DNA from: an uncultured Acidobacteriota bacterium
GTDB taxonomy: Bacteria; Acidobacteriota; UBA6911
Assembly: GCA_963827655.1 (NCBI GenBank)
Contig: CAWHCF010000036.1
Span: 64,001-128,000 of the forward strand
Reading direction: 5' to 3'
Length of the DNA: 64,000 nt
The first letter of the stretch is position 1. Every line of letters begins with the position of its first letter. The notes below the pieces were generated by a model, which was not told the origin of the DNA, searched no databases, and was given only the letters and a program-made list of their open reading frames with translations. Positions 41,287-52,367 of the stretch are shown here, piece after piece. A program made the position numbers and the translations under genes.

Positions 41287-41774
41287 GCTCAGGGAAACTC
41301 CATGGCCGCCCGGAAAACCGCGTGACGGCGCCAAGTGATCTGGCTTTCATCATAAACGACTGAGTCTCTCTTGCGAGGCTTTAATCTTCCCTCCCTCACT
41401 CAACGGGAATGATCGGCGAGCGGCTGGTGCGGCCGCAATTCTAGGAATGGGAAGCGTGGCGCTCGGGGAATCACTCGCCCGTAAGATCCGCGCTGCGATG
41501 GCACACTCGCCCGACTTCACGGCGCGAAGGTTAGATGGCTTCCCAAAGCACCTTCGCAGGATTGCCGACCATGGATCTCGTGCGATGATCTTGAGGATTA
41601 GTATCGCCGCCCGACTCGAAAGCGAGAAACCAGCCGAGACGCTGGAACGAAGCCATCATTCATTGAGTCAGGCCACGGTCAACGCAATCGAATGCGGTCA
41701 CCGTCCGACGTTGTAATTACCCGGGAGCCCAGCCGGGATTTTGCGAACATAGATGAGACCAGATACCGCGCCCC

Positions 41775-44108
41775 TCATTGCCTTCCCAATTCCGCCAGCC
41801 AGATGTTGCCGGTGATCTCGCCCATGCTAAAAACAAGCTGGTCGTGTGTTAGAGACATTCCAATGTTGCCCAGTCTGGGCAAGTTGAGCAACGAGCGACG
41901 GGCGCTGTGGATGTGATACACATCCGTGGCTGATCCGATCGGCCGCTTGGTCGCGACATCCAACGGCTGAGCCCAAACGCAGGTGAAGCCGTCACGGTCG
42001 GACAGATAGTAAAGAAGGTTACCGGCTGGCGACCAAAAGGGGTAGTAGTCGATCCCTGAACCGTCGCTCACATGAATCCAGTCGCGCTCTCCAGGCACCC
42101 CTTCTTGGCGGAGAGGCGCGAGGAACACGGGAGAGCGTCTCACATCAATGGGCACATGAAAAGCAATCCAACGCTCATCAGGTGAAATCTGACCTCGATT
42201 CAGGTCATACTGCGGGTGTTGAAGGACCAGCCGGCTCTTGCCAGAGGCGACGTTGAGCAAACCAAAACGAATTGGTTGACCCCAGTAGTGAAGGATCTCG
42301 GTTCCATTTGGCGACCAGCCCAACATATTTCCGCCGCTCTCGCAGATCTTCTGAGCTGGGCCCCCACTGGACGCCACTATGTAGAAGTCCTCTTTCCCAC
42401 TCTCGTTCGCCTGATAAGCCACTTTGGAGCCATCTGGGCTCAGAAGAACCCGTCCTTCTCTCAGCGGACCGTCGGTAAGAGCTATTTCCTTACCCGTCTT
42501 CAAGTCTTTGATCCAAACGTCCGTGTGCCCCGATCGGTTGGAATTGAACGCCAGTTTGTTTCCATCCGCTGAGAGAGAAGGATTGATATCAGCGGCTGCG
42601 CCCTCGACCAGAGGTCTTGGCTCGCCAAGAACCTTCCCCTTGTTAGCTTCAATGGGCAGACTCCAGACATCGCTGTTTGAAACCAAGCTGGCGAAAACCA
42701 GCAGCCCATTCGCCGTAAGAGAGGGGGCCACATCCAGGCCTGTCCCGAAGGTCAGCCGTTGGGGAGTGCCAATGAGTTGCCAGTTCTTGGGCGAAATACC
42801 CACCTGCCACAGATTACTGGTATCCCCTGATCCAGCAGGAAAGATGATGGTATGGCCCTTCTGGCCGGCCACCCAACTCTCCGGCGACAACTTCGACGAA
42901 AGACCGTGCTTGCGAAGTAAGCTGGACGCCCCTGTCGGTAGTGCCGCTCCGCCGTCCAATGGAGTTACCCACCAGTCATACGGAGGATTTTCGGTTGGAA
43001 CCAACGGTGGCCTCTCAGGCGAACCGACAAACAACAGGTGCCTTCCATCTGGAGACCAGACGGGCCGATCAGCATATGCGAATTCCGGCTGTAGTTGCCG
43101 GAGTGACCCGCCGTTGGAAGCGACAACATAGATCTTACCGTCTACGAGTCCGCTACCCTGGATACGAGATTTAAAGGCGATCTGCTGGCCATCCGGGGAA
43201 AACCGAGGGTATCTACCTTGGCTGACGATCAGTCTTTCATTGCCACCGATCGCCGAAATAACGTAGATCCCGCCTCCGTCTCGCTCCGAGCGAAATGCGA
43301 TTTTGGTACCGTCAGGCGAAAATGCGGGCTCATGGTCATCTGCCTGGTGACTTGTCAAGCGCACAGGCTCTCCACCGGCAACGTGTTTCACCCAGATGTC
43401 GAGGTTCCCCGCCCCACTACGGTCGGAAGCATAGGCCACCCGCTTACCGTCAGGCGAGAGTGCCGGCTGATAAGTCAGGCCGGTGTCCGATGTTAATCGT
43501 GTCAGAACAGGCAGTCGAGCTGTCGCCGGAGATCTGGTCAGCCATAGAGTAATGCCTATACCAGTCGCTAACAACAAGCCTCCAACTGCTATGGCCGTTC
43601 CAACGTGCTTCCGTCGGTAATTGCTTTGCGCAATCGGCGTTGTAGAAGCCGAACTTTCTGAGGGAGTTTCAAGCTGAGTTCTGGTCTGCAGCTCCTCGTG
43701 ATCCTTTTTCTGCCGGGCCAGAAAAGTGGGGACGTAGCTTCCCTTTGGGAAGTCTATCAATACGACGTCGTCCCGTCCTTCACTCTCGTAATAATCTTTG
43801 AGTTTAGAGCGAAGCCGGCGCGCCTCCACCCGCACGATCGTGTCGGTCCGCGGGTCAAAAGACGATGTTCTGTCAAACACCTCCATTCCAATAACCGACT
43901 CTTTAAGCTGATGTGCTCGACCGTGAAGAGACTGCTCAACCGCAAAACGCAAGAAACGGGTCATGCGGTCCGAGTGGATAAAGCCTTGGCTGGCGGAAAT
44001 CCTTTCGAGCTGGATCTGTATTGCTTCGATTGAGATCCCAGGCACGAGCTCTGAGCCAAGAGCATTCTTGCCCTGTTTGCTGTCGGTTGGCGGTAACCCG
44101 CGATTCAT
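41775..44108 (-). CDS. Membrane-anchored TolB/PD40 beta-propeller protein with N-terminal cytoplasmic regulatory domain
   Basis: LKESVIGMEVF..DTIVRVEARRLRSKL..PKGSYVP; TM; repeated SPDG blades. Confidence 0.88.
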   Translation of the reverse strand: MNRGLPPTDSKQGKNALGSELVPGISIEAIQIQLERISASQGFIHSDRMTRFLRFAVEQSLHGRAHQLKESVIGMEVFDRTSSFDPRTDTIVRVEARRLRSKLKDYYESEGRDDVVLIDFPKGSYVPTFLARQKKDHEELQTRTQLETPSESSASTTPIAQSNYRRKHVGTAIAVGGLLLATGIGITLWLTRSPATARLPVLTRLTSDTGLTYQPALSPDGKRVAYASDRSGAGNLDIWVKHVAGGEPVRLTSHQADDHEPAFSPDGTKIAFRSERDGGGIYVISAIGGNERLIVSQGRYPRFSPDGQQIAFKSRIQGSGLVDGKIYVVASNGGSLRQLQPEFAYADRPVWSPDGRHLLFVGSPERPPLVPTENPPYDWWVTPLDGGAALPTGASSLLRKHGLSSKLSPESWVAGQKGHTIIFPAGSGDTSNLWQVGISPKNWQLIGTPQRLTFGTGLDVAPSLTANGLLVFASLVSNSDVWSLPIEANKGKVLGEPRPLVEGAAADINPSLSADGNKLAFNSNRSGHTDVWIKDLKTGKEIALTDGPLREGRVLLSPDGSKVAYQANESGKEDFYIVASSGGPAQKICESGGNMLGWSPNGTEILHYWGQPIRFGLLNVASGKSRLVLQHPQYDLNRGQISPDERWIAFHVPIDVRRSPVFLAPLRQEGVPGERDWIHVSDGSGIDYYPFWSPAGNLLYYLSDRDGFTCVWAQPLDVATKRPIGSATDVYHIHSARRSLLNLPRLGNIGMSLTHDQLVFSMGEITGNIWLAELGRQ

Positions 44109-44316
44109 TGCTTCTTTCTAACTTACCAAGTACTGGATTGGAGAAGAGTATAGGCCACTTTCTAACCGACCGGCTAATGAATTTCTAAACCTGCCGTGCG
44201 GCGAAGGTCAGCAGTGCCTGGTAAAAGGGAGCGAAACGACGCGAGGCCGATGAATGGCTGAAAGGGCGGCAAGCACGCCGCAAGTTCCTGTTAGCCATTA
44301 GAATTAACGGATTGGA

Positions 44317-44348
44317 TGATGTGACTACACATCAAGCATGTGTATACT
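44317..44348 (+). promoter_or_regulatory. TA promoter/operator
   Basis: Perfect IR TGATGTG-acta-CACATCA and -10 TATACT. Confidence 0.6.
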
Positions 44349-44373
44349 GACACAGATCAAAGGAGAGACCACG

Positions 44374-44614
44374 ATGCACCAGCGGATTAATATCACGTTG
44401 CCGGAAAAAACTATCCGGCTGATTGATCGCGTGGCCCAAAACCGCAGCCGCTTTATTGACCAGGCGGTCAAGCGATTACATCCAAGAAATAGGTCGAAAC
44501 AAACTCAGACAGCAGCTCAAAGAAGAATCCATCCAGTGGGCTGAGCACGATCTGCGCATGGCCGAAGAATGGTTTCCACTGGATGAGGAAGCATGGCAGC
44601 GAAGCGAAAAATAG
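44374..44614 (+). CDS. RHH antitoxin (MazE/NdoAI-like), 1-nt frameshift
   Basis: MHQRINITLPEKT..NRSRFIDQAV + LRQQLKE..AEHDLRMAEEWFPLDEEAW; RBS AAGGAG. Confidence 0.8.
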
Positions 44615-44631
44615 CCTATCCCAAACGGGGT
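44593..44631 (+). pseudogene. MazF/PemK toxin N-terminal stub
   Basis: MAAKRKIAYPKRG overlapping the antitoxin end; similarity then stops. Confidence 0.6.
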
Positions 44632-44640
44632 ACTCTCGTG

Positions 44641-46236
44641 ATGATTCGTGCATGCTCGGTCTTTGGACTCATACTCAGTCTCATCCTGGCGGCCCCGGCC
44701 CAGGAGTCCTTCGACGTGATCATCCGGGGCGGCAAGGTGATCGACGGAAGCGGGAATCCCTGGTTCCGGGCGGATGTCGGCGTTCGGGGAGATCGCGTCG
44801 CGCGCATCGGCGATCTCTCGAACTCCTCCGCAGCTCGGGTCATCGAGGCCAGGAACTACGCCGTCGCGCCCGGCTTTATCGATCCCCACACCCACGCGCT
44901 CAGCGGGATATTCGATGTGCCGACGGCTGATAATGCGCTGCTCCAGGGTGTCACGACCCTGACGGAAGGGAACGATGGATCATCCCCATTTCCGATCCGC
45001 GCCAATCTGGAGAAAATCGCGTCCACCCGGATCAGCGCCAACTGGGCACTGTACGTAGGACAGGGGACGCTGCGCCGGGAAGCCGTCGGGCTGGCAAATC
45101 GTGCTGCGACTCCTGAAGAGATCGCAAAGATGAGAACGATGGTGGCTCAGGCGATGGAGGAAGGAGCGTTCGGACTTTCGACCGGCCTGTTCTACATCCC
45201 CGGGAATTTCACAAAGACCGAGGAGGTGATCGAGCTGGCGAAAGTGGCCGCGCGCTACCACGGCATCTACATTTCACATATGCGCAACGAGGCCGACGGA
45301 CTGCTTGATTCCGTGCGTGAGACGATTCGAATCGGCGAGGAAGCCGGTCTGCCGGTTCAGATGACGCATCACAAAGTCATTGGCAGCAAAATGTGGGGGA
45401 AGAGCGCCGACAGCCTCCGGTTTGTCGACGAAGCGCGGGCGCGCGGGATCGACATCACCATGGACCAGTATCCCTACACGGCTTCTCAAACGTCGCTCAC
45501 TGCGCTATTGCCCCAATCCTATCAGGAGGGAGGACAGCAGGAAATCGTGAAGCGGCTGCGCGATCCGGCGATGCGCGCGAAGATCAAGCAGGGTATCGTC
45601 GCGAACATACTCTATGACCGCGGCGGCGGCGATGCGAAGAACATCTATATCGGGGTGTGCTCGTGGGACCGCTCCTTCGAAGGAAAGAACCTCGCGGAGA
45701 TTGCCCGGCAGCGTGGCCTGCCTCCTACGCCGGAGAATGCCGCGGAGGTTGCCATGGATATTATTGAAAAGGGCGGCGCGCGTGCCATTTATCACGCAAT
45801 GTCAGAAGCGGATGTCGAGCGGATCATGCGACATCCGATGACGGCCGTCGGCTCGGACGGCGGCATTTCGATTTTCGGGCAGGGCGTTCCGCATCCGCGC
45901 GAATACGGCACCTTCGCGCGCGTCCTCGGACGCTACGTGCGCGAGAAGAAGACGATTCCGCTCGAAGAGGCGGTTCGCAAAATGTCGAACGCGACCGCGC
46001 AGCGGCTCGGCATCGCCGACCGCGGATTGCTGCGCGCCGGGTTCTTCGCCGATATTGCGGTGTTCGATCCCGAACGCGTGACCGACAACGCGACTTTCGA
46101 AAAGCCTCACCAGTACGCCACCGGCGTCGATTACGTGCTCGTCAATGGCGAGATCGTCGTGGAGCGCGGAAAACACACGGGCGCGCGGCCGGGAAGAGTC
46201 CTGTATGGTCCCGGGTACCAGAAGCGGTCGCAGTGA
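44641..46236 (+). CDS. N-acyl-D-amino-acid deacylase (amidohydrolase), secreted
   Basis: PGFIDPHTH, GAFGLSTGL, SHMRNE, SDG, PHPREYGTF. Confidence 0.93.
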   Translation: MIRACSVFGLILSLILAAPAQESFDVIIRGGKVIDGSGNPWFRADVGVRGDRVARIGDLSNSSAARVIEARNYAVAPGFIDPHTHALSGIFDVPTADNALLQGVTTLTEGNDGSSPFPIRANLEKIASTRISANWALYVGQGTLRREAVGLANRAATPEEIAKMRTMVAQAMEEGAFGLSTGLFYIPGNFTKTEEVIELAKVAARYHGIYISHMRNEADGLLDSVRETIRIGEEAGLPVQMTHHKVIGSKMWGKSADSLRFVDEARARGIDITMDQYPYTASQTSLTALLPQSYQEGGQQEIVKRLRDPAMRAKIKQGIVANILYDRGGGDAKNIYIGVCSWDRSFEGKNLAEIARQRGLPPTPENAAEVAMDIIEKGGARAIYHAMSEADVERIMRHPMTAVGSDGGISIFGQGVPHPREYGTFARVLGRYVREKKTIPLEEAVRKMSNATAQRLGIADRGLLRAGFFADIAVFDPERVTDNATFEKPHQYATGVDYVLVNGEIVVERGKHTGARPGRVLYGPGYQKRSQ

Positions 46237-46573
46237 TGGCTTCACCCTTACTCCCGCGACAGACTCCGAAAGGAATAGCGCTCGTAGAACCTCAATGGCA
46301 CTGCAATGCTCGTTCCCGTGTCGTGCGTGCTTACGAGTGCCTCGCAATCACGCCAAGCTTGTTTATGAATCAGTTGACGCCTGACAAGACCTGACCGATC
46401 GCTAGACGCTGCCGTTGCGCGAGATTAGGACGTACGTTAAGGCGCAGTGCCGACGGTTGCGACACAGAGGTGACGCCGGTCGCTGGACCTCAGTAGGCGG
46501 GCATCTCGAAGACCAGGCCCCTGAAGGTACGGGCTTCGCACGCACGTGGCCTATCGGCCGCTGGTGCATCAAC

Positions 46574-46830
46574 GTGCCGACCACACACGCCTGACGATCA
46601 AGACACTGAACCGTTCGCCTTCGAAGACGACCTGGCTGAAGGCATTGGAACGTGAGGCTCGGCGGACGAACCGTCATCCAAAGGCCGCATCGTGCAGCGA
46701 CGCGCTGAAGGACTCACCTGGGCAAGGGACGCACGGAGCGCGCTCGAGGCGCTCAAGAAATACGCGGGCATCATCGAGGGTCCGACGGATCTTTCGACTC
46801 AACAAGAAGTACCTCGCTGGCCTCGGCGAC
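46574..46830 (+). pseudogene. Degraded CopG/RHH antitoxin-like gene
   Basis: Pieces across frames: KTL-TVRL-EDDLAE-ALEREARRTNR-SKGRIV-DALK and SALEALKKYAGIIEGPTDLST-NKKYLAGLG. Confidence 0.55.
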
Positions 46831-46889
46831 AGCTTGTCGCAAGCTTTAAGGATGAAAGCGGCCATCCGGTGAGGAGGTTGTACGGCGGT

Positions 46890-47382
46890 TCACTGGTCCA
46901 GCAGTAACTCGTCAGCGGTCCAGTAGTCCGTGCGATTCCGGGTCGCGTCGCGGACGCGGCGCACGCCGGCTGGCGCAATCGGCTCTGTTCGACCGCCCCA
47001 GCTCCCGCGAACGAACGACACGACGGCAGCGATATCCTCGTCCGTCAAGACCTTCCCGAATCCGGGCATCTCCAGGTTGTAGGTCTTTCCGTTCACTTCG
47101 ACCTTTCCCCTCATGCCGTGCAGCACGATCTTGATCAGGCGCGTCTCAGGCCCCCTCACCCAGGGGGAGCCCTGGAGCGGCGGAGGCCCCCCTTCCGTGC
47201 CCCTGCCGTCGCGCTCGTGGCACGATGCACACTGGGCTTCGAACTGGACACTTCCTCGCTCCGCTATCCCCCGTTTGCGTGGCGGAGCTGGACACAGTCT
47301 GAGCCAGGACGGCAGCCGTCAGAGCAAGAACAAGCGCCGGCGCCAGAAATGTCAGCTTTCTCCTGATTCGAGGGCATGCCAT
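46890..47382 (-). CDS. Class I cytochrome c, frameshifted
   Basis: Signal peptide; CASCH..G.G..PPL.GSPWV..LIKIVLHG..MPGF..SFVRGSWG. Confidence 0.85.
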
Positions 47383-47398
47383 CAGTGTCTTAGTGTTT

Positions 47399-47483
47399 CT
47401 TAGGCGCTTAGCGAGACGTTCAAACCAATATGTTGTCGTTCATAAGTGGCCTTCGTTCGGGCGAAGTGCCCGAAGTACCTTAG
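47399..47483 (-). mobile_element. 82-bp CTAAG-flanked hairpin element, copy D, inside an arm (junction repeat 11, 47385-47504)
   Basis: cttagtgttt-CTTAG[..]CTTAGtgt-cttcgtgt-cctggtggta. Confidence 0.8.
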
Positions 47484-47556
47484 TGTCTTCGTGTCCTGGT
47501 GGTATTTGTTTCGCATCCAACAAGCAGAGAACCTGGTCGAACGATCCGTCCTGGCA

Positions 47557-48102
47557 TCACCGCGAAGGGACTTTCAGAAGCGCCTCGATTTTTGACTCGA
47601 TGGCGGCGGCTTCATCCGGCGTGTATGTGCCACCCGGGTGGATGTAGCGAATGATCCCGCTCTGGTCCAGGAGGAAGCTGACCGAAGTGAAGCGGCGGTC
47701 GTGACCGTCCAGCCACCAGCGCCTGAGAGTGCGCCAATCGGTATCGATGGCGACGGGAAAGTGGAATCCGAACCGCCTGGCGAGATCGGAGACGTGCTGG
47801 CGCGTAAGAGGCTTTCGCGATTTGTGATGGTAAAAGCCGACAACGACCAGGCCCTTTCGGTTGTACCGGGAATGCCATGCGTTCAGGTAGGGAGCCGATG
47901 ACCCGCAGTAGGGGCACTCGGGACCCGTCCACCAGCGCAGGAGTACGACGCGTCCCCGCAGCCCATCAAGCGTCAGCGGCCCGCTCTGGATCCATTCGGC
48001 GTTGTCCCATCCGGGCGCCGCCTTCCCGAGCAATTCCGATCCCTCCAAGCCCGGCTCGAAACGCGACGAGAAGGGCCAGGGCGGCGTAATTTCCCAAGTC
48101 AT
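47557..48102 (-). CDS. TlpA/redoxin-type thioredoxin-fold protein
   Basis: LRGRVVLLRWW..CPYC, FPVAID, SFLLDQSGIIRY. Confidence 0.85.
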   Translation of the reverse strand: MTWEITPPWPFSSRFEPGLEGSELLGKAAPGWDNAEWIQSGPLTLDGLRGRVVLLRWWTGPECPYCGSSAPYLNAWHSRYNRKGLVVVGFYHHKSRKPLTRQHVSDLARRFGFHFPVAIDTDWRTLRRWWLDGHDRRFTSVSFLLDQSGIIRYIHPGGTYTPDEAAAIESKIEALLKVPSR

Positions 48103-48298
48103 TCGATCCTCCCGGATCAGGATAGATGGCGCGGGAAGCCAGGCGCAACGTTAATGCACAGACGGTCAGGCCGCCCTCAGGAAGGGACAATTCGCGAAGT
48201 AAGCGCGGACCATCAGCCATTGGGCGCTCAGAGAAGTCGGCTTGCAAAGAAACTCGTGAGTTGCCCGATCGAATCAAGTTGACGCATGCTTCGACCAC

Positions 48299-49265
48299 TC
48301 AGGGTTGCCAGGCGAACTTCTGCACCCTTTTTCCTCGGATATCGCCGGCGTAAAGGTTTCCCTTCGAGTCCGGGGCGATCGCATGCACCCAGTTGCACTC
48401 GCCCGGCTTCTCCTGTCCGTCCGTGCCTTTGGGGACGACCCAGAGCTGGAGGAGCTTACCCGAGGGATTGAACTTCATGAAAACCTGGTCCTTGGGCGGG
48501 ATGCCTGTCATCCCCTGTTCGTTGGCCTCGCGCATCGGCGACGAATCCGCAAGTCCAGATCTCGTCCTGCGCCGTGATCCAGATGCTCCAGGGAACCAGG
48601 AGGTTCGTCCATTGAGCCAGGAACTTGCCGTTCCGGTCGAAAACCTGGATGCGAGCGTTGTTCCGGTCCGCCACGTAGAGCAGCCCCTTGGAATCGACTC
48701 CGATTCCATGCGGGAGATTGAACTCCCCCGGACCGCTTCCTTTTTTCCCCCAGGCCTTGACGAACTTTCCATTGCGGTCGAAATGAACGACGCGGTTGTT
48801 CCCGTACCCGTCGGAAACGAAGATGTCGCCCTCCGGAGTGATGGCCATATCGGTGGGCCGGTCAAAACGCCGCTCGTCCTGGCCGGCATTCTTCGGCGTC
48901 CCCAGACTCAAGACAAGCTTGCCGTCAGGCGTGTACTTTCGCACGGTGTGAAGTCCTATGTCTGCGAGCCAGACGTTGCCCTGCGCATCGAACTTGATAT
49001 GGTGGGCGCTTCCGTATTCCATTTCCCTCCAGGCCTGGACGAACTTGCCGTCCGCCGCATAGATCTGCACAGCCGGCACGGCGCGGGTGAAAATCCAGAT
49101 GCGATCCTGACGATCCACCGCGACCCCCGGCATGTCTCCCCAGGCGACGTCCGCGGGCTTTTGGGGCCAGGCCGGGTCGACCTTGTAGCCGGGCAGGCGT
49201 GTCTGGGAGGAAGCGAACAAGGGGAAGAGCAGAAGCAGGGCGGCAAGTGCTCGTTGTCTGTCCAT
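48299..49265 (-). CDS. NHL-repeat protein (PAL-like lyase family), frameshift near 48545
   Basis: FVSDGYGNNRV, GEFNLPHGI, YVADRNNARIQVFD. Confidence 0.88.
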
Positions 49266-49324
49266 AGGGTCCTCACGAAGGTAGCCCATGTTAGCGAAAC
49301 ACCGCCGGCAAAATCCAGGCATTA

Positions 49325-49891
49325 TCACGCGCCGCCGCGCGGCGGGTGCGTCGGCAGAGAAGCATGAATCTGCGCCCACTCTCTGAGGGCCACGAATTGC
49401 CGGAGCATCTGTTCGTACGTGAAGTGCGCATTGCGCCCGCTGGGATTGGGGACCACAAACACGGAGATTCCTTCGATTGACTCGTCCTGCAGACCGCAGC
49501 GCAGAGCGCGGCGGGTCTGTATCATTTCGCGGAAGACCATCAGGCCCACGGCAGCAATTATCTGAGGGCGGTGCTTCCTGATTTTCCGCAGGAGAGCGCG
49601 GCGGCCGCGCGCGAAATCTTCAGGCCGAAGATCGCCGGCGCCGGCAGTCGGGCGGCTGACCAGGTTCGTGATCCCAAGGCCGTAATTGGGCAGGTCTTGG
49701 TCGTTCGCGAAGCCCGCGCCGCGTGGAAGGAAGCCGGCGCCGGACATCAGGCGCCAGAACTTGTTCGTGTGGCCCGCGAAGTGATGCCCCACCTCGGCCG
49801 AGCGCAATCCCGGATTCAGCCCGACGAACAGGATGCGGCAATCGTCAGGGATCCAGTCCGGCAGCCCAACTTCTTTGAGTCTTCGTGTCAC
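49325..49891 (-). CDS. mug: G/U mismatch-specific DNA glycosylase
   Basis: GLNPGL, GHHFA, NKFW, PNPSGRN. Confidence 0.92.
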   Translation of the reverse strand: MTRRLKEVGLPDWIPDDCRILFVGLNPGLRSAEVGHHFAGHTNKFWRLMSGAGFLPRGAGFANDQDLPNYGLGITNLVSRPTAGAGDLRPEDFARGRRALLRKIRKHRPQIIAAVGLMVFREMIQTRRALRCGLQDESIEGISVFVVPNPSGRNAHFTYEQMLRQFVALREWAQIHASLPTHPPRGGA

Positions 49892-49999
49892 CAGTCGGTA
49901 TTCTCTCTCTTAATTGGGATTCTTGGTGTTTCTTCGTGTCTTCGTGTCTTGGTGGTATTTGTTTCGCTGCGCTAACCACGAAGACGCGCATAAAACGAA
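49872..49999. repeat. Arms at the mug start plus a hairpin (junction repeat 12)
   Basis: ctttgagt-cttcgtgt; cttggtgttt-cttcgtgt-cttcgtgt-cttggtggta ... aaccacgaag-acgcg. Confidence 0.85.
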
Positions 50000-50043
50000 G
50001 TGGTACACTGCGCGCATATCGATCTTGAAGGAGGGCCCGCAAG

Positions 50044-52328
50044 GTGAAGCCAAGAACCGTCGCAGTGATCTGGATCACGATTGGAACAATACTGGTCGGA
50101 GCGCGCGCAGCCGAGACCCCCAGGAGCGTGCCTGGGCAGGCCGCGGCCCCGACGTCATGCAATGCGACCTCTCCGGGTATAAGGAAGCGCCCGGACTGAA
50201 GGCCGAAATGAGCAGCGGCGCGCTGCGCGTCACCTGGCAAGGCTCCCAGGGACAGGAGCTGCGTGTGATTTTCAGTCTGCTCAACGGCGCGCCGATCATC
50301 AGAGAGATGGCGGTCCGGCGGCAGGGCGCGCAGTGGGTCGTGCTGGGACGCGACCTCAGCCCCGAGTTTCATGTCACCGCCGGGCGGCGCCGCATTTCGG
50401 AGCAGCAGCTCGCACCGCTCCGCCAGCTGGGCCTGGACCGCGACCCGGAACTGCTCGAGCGTGAAAAGTGGAAGGTCTTCTGGGATGCGCCGCTCGTGAT
50501 TCCGGGGAGCAGCGGAACCAACCCCGGGCTTCCTCGCAGCCCGGAGGAAATCCGCCGTTCCGCAGCGACCTACAACTCGACCGGGTGCCAGGTGAAGACG
50601 GACGGCGCGCGGCTGGAAGTGACGTTCCCAGGACTCTCGATGGGAATCTTCTCGGGGCGCCTGCAGTTCAGCGTCTACAAGGGAACCAACCTGCTGCGCC
50701 AGGAGGCGATCGCAAAAACCGACGAACCCTCGATCGCTTATCACTACCGCGCCGGACTCAAAGGATTCCGGACCGACACGGCCAGGCGTGTCATCTGGCG
50801 GGACGTCGCGCGCGGCTGGCAGAAGTATGAGTTTGGCGGATCGCCCAATACCGACCCGGTGGCCCTCCGGGCCCGTAACCGACTGGCGATCGTCGAGACT
50901 GCCGGCGGCTCGGTCGCGGTGTTTCCCCCTTCTCACAAGTTCTTCTTCGGGCGCGAAATCGAGCTGAACCTGGGTTACGTCTGGTACCGCAAAGACGACG
51001 CCGGCTCGTTCTCGGTGGGCGTGCGCCAGGCCGATCGCGAGGAGATGTACCGCCCCTTCGGCTTCTCGGATGATCTGTGGCAGCGGCGGTCGCGGCAGGC
51101 GCGCAGCTTCGCGATGGGGAACTTTGCCCTCTACAACGCGCCTCCGGGGACCTGGCAACGAATGGCGGCTTACTACTATCTGAGTCCGGAGCCTGGTCCC
51201 GCCACCCAGGAAACGGTAATGCAGTTCACGCACGACGATCGGTACAAGTCGATCCCCGGCTTCCAGGTGGCTGTCAGCCACTTCCACACGCACTTCCACG
51301 AGCAGGTGCTGGACGCCGGAGGCATCGACTCCCAGCCGCCGTGGATCCCCACGTTTCGGGCGCTCGGAATCAACATCGCGATGATGTCCGATTTCCACGG
51401 CGATGGCCACCCGAAGGATCCAGGACCGCTGCGGCTCAAAGAGCAGAAGGCCTACTTCGATGCCTGCCGCCGCCACTCCGATCGGGAATTTCTGATCATG
51501 CCCGGCGAGGAGCCGAACGCCCACTTCGGCGGACACTACACGACAGTCTTTCCTCGTCCGGTGTACTGGACTCACGTCCGCCAATCGGGACAGCCGCTGG
51601 TCGAGAACCATTCCGAGTACGGCAAGGTGTACCACGTGGGGTCTCCCGCCGACGAACTGCAGATGCTGACGTCGGAGAATGGGCTGGTGTGGCAGGCTCA
51701 TCCCCGGACCAAGGGCTCGAGCGGCTATCCCGATGCGCTCCGGCAAACGGATCATTTCAAGAGCGATCGGTTCCTGGGCGGGGCATACCAGTCCCTCCCG
51801 GTCGATCTCTCCGAGAGCCGGCTTTGCGAGGTCCGCTGCCTGGGAACCCTGGACGACATGAATAACTGGGCAGGGCCGAAGTACCTGGTGGCCGAGGGCG
51901 ACACGTATGCCAAATTCCCGGACGACGACAGCTATCAACACCTGATGGTGAACTACATCAAGCTGGACCGGTTGCCCGCCTTCGACGAAGACTGGATGCC
52001 GATCGTGAAGTCGATGCGGGCCGGCGACTTCTTCGTCACGAGCGGCGAAGTGCTGTTCAAGAGCTTTGGCCTGGAAGGCTCGGGCGATCAGCGAACCATC
52101 GTGGCGGATCTGGAGTGGACGTTCCCGCTGGAATTCGTCGAGGTAGTCTGGGGCGATGGCCAGAAGACCGATCGCAAGATCATCCCGGCCACCGATCAGC
52201 CGCCGTTCGGCAGTCACCGCTTCCGAATTCCGTTCGACGCGGCCGGGAAGAAGTGGGTGCGGTTTGCGGCGTGGGATTCCGCCGGCAACGGCGCATTCTG
52301 GCAGCCGGTGCACTTGCGGCGTAGGTAA
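50044..52328 (+). CDS. Secreted hypothetical protein with PHP-like metal motifs, frameshift near the start
   Basis: GTG start with AAGGAGG and signal peptide; HFHTH, SDFH, PGEE, AHP, EGD. Confidence 0.7.
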
Positions 52329-52362
52329 CCACGAAGACGCCAGGACGCGAAGAAACACCAGG
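52327..52362. repeat. Single right arm (junction repeat 13)
   Basis: aaccacgaag-acgccagg-acgcgaag-aaacaccagg fills the gap between convergent stops. Confidence 0.85.
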
Positions 52363-52367
52363 AAGGC

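Noticed and set aside
41340-41770. Short ORFs here and at 46240-46570 and 48110-48300
   Set aside because: No recognisable motif, RBS or structure.
49845-52358. 837-aa minus-strand ORF and similar long shadow ORFs (22336-24282, 18746-20038, 2815-3969)
   Set aside because: They are antisense to well-supported genes in GC-rich DNA and show no motifs.
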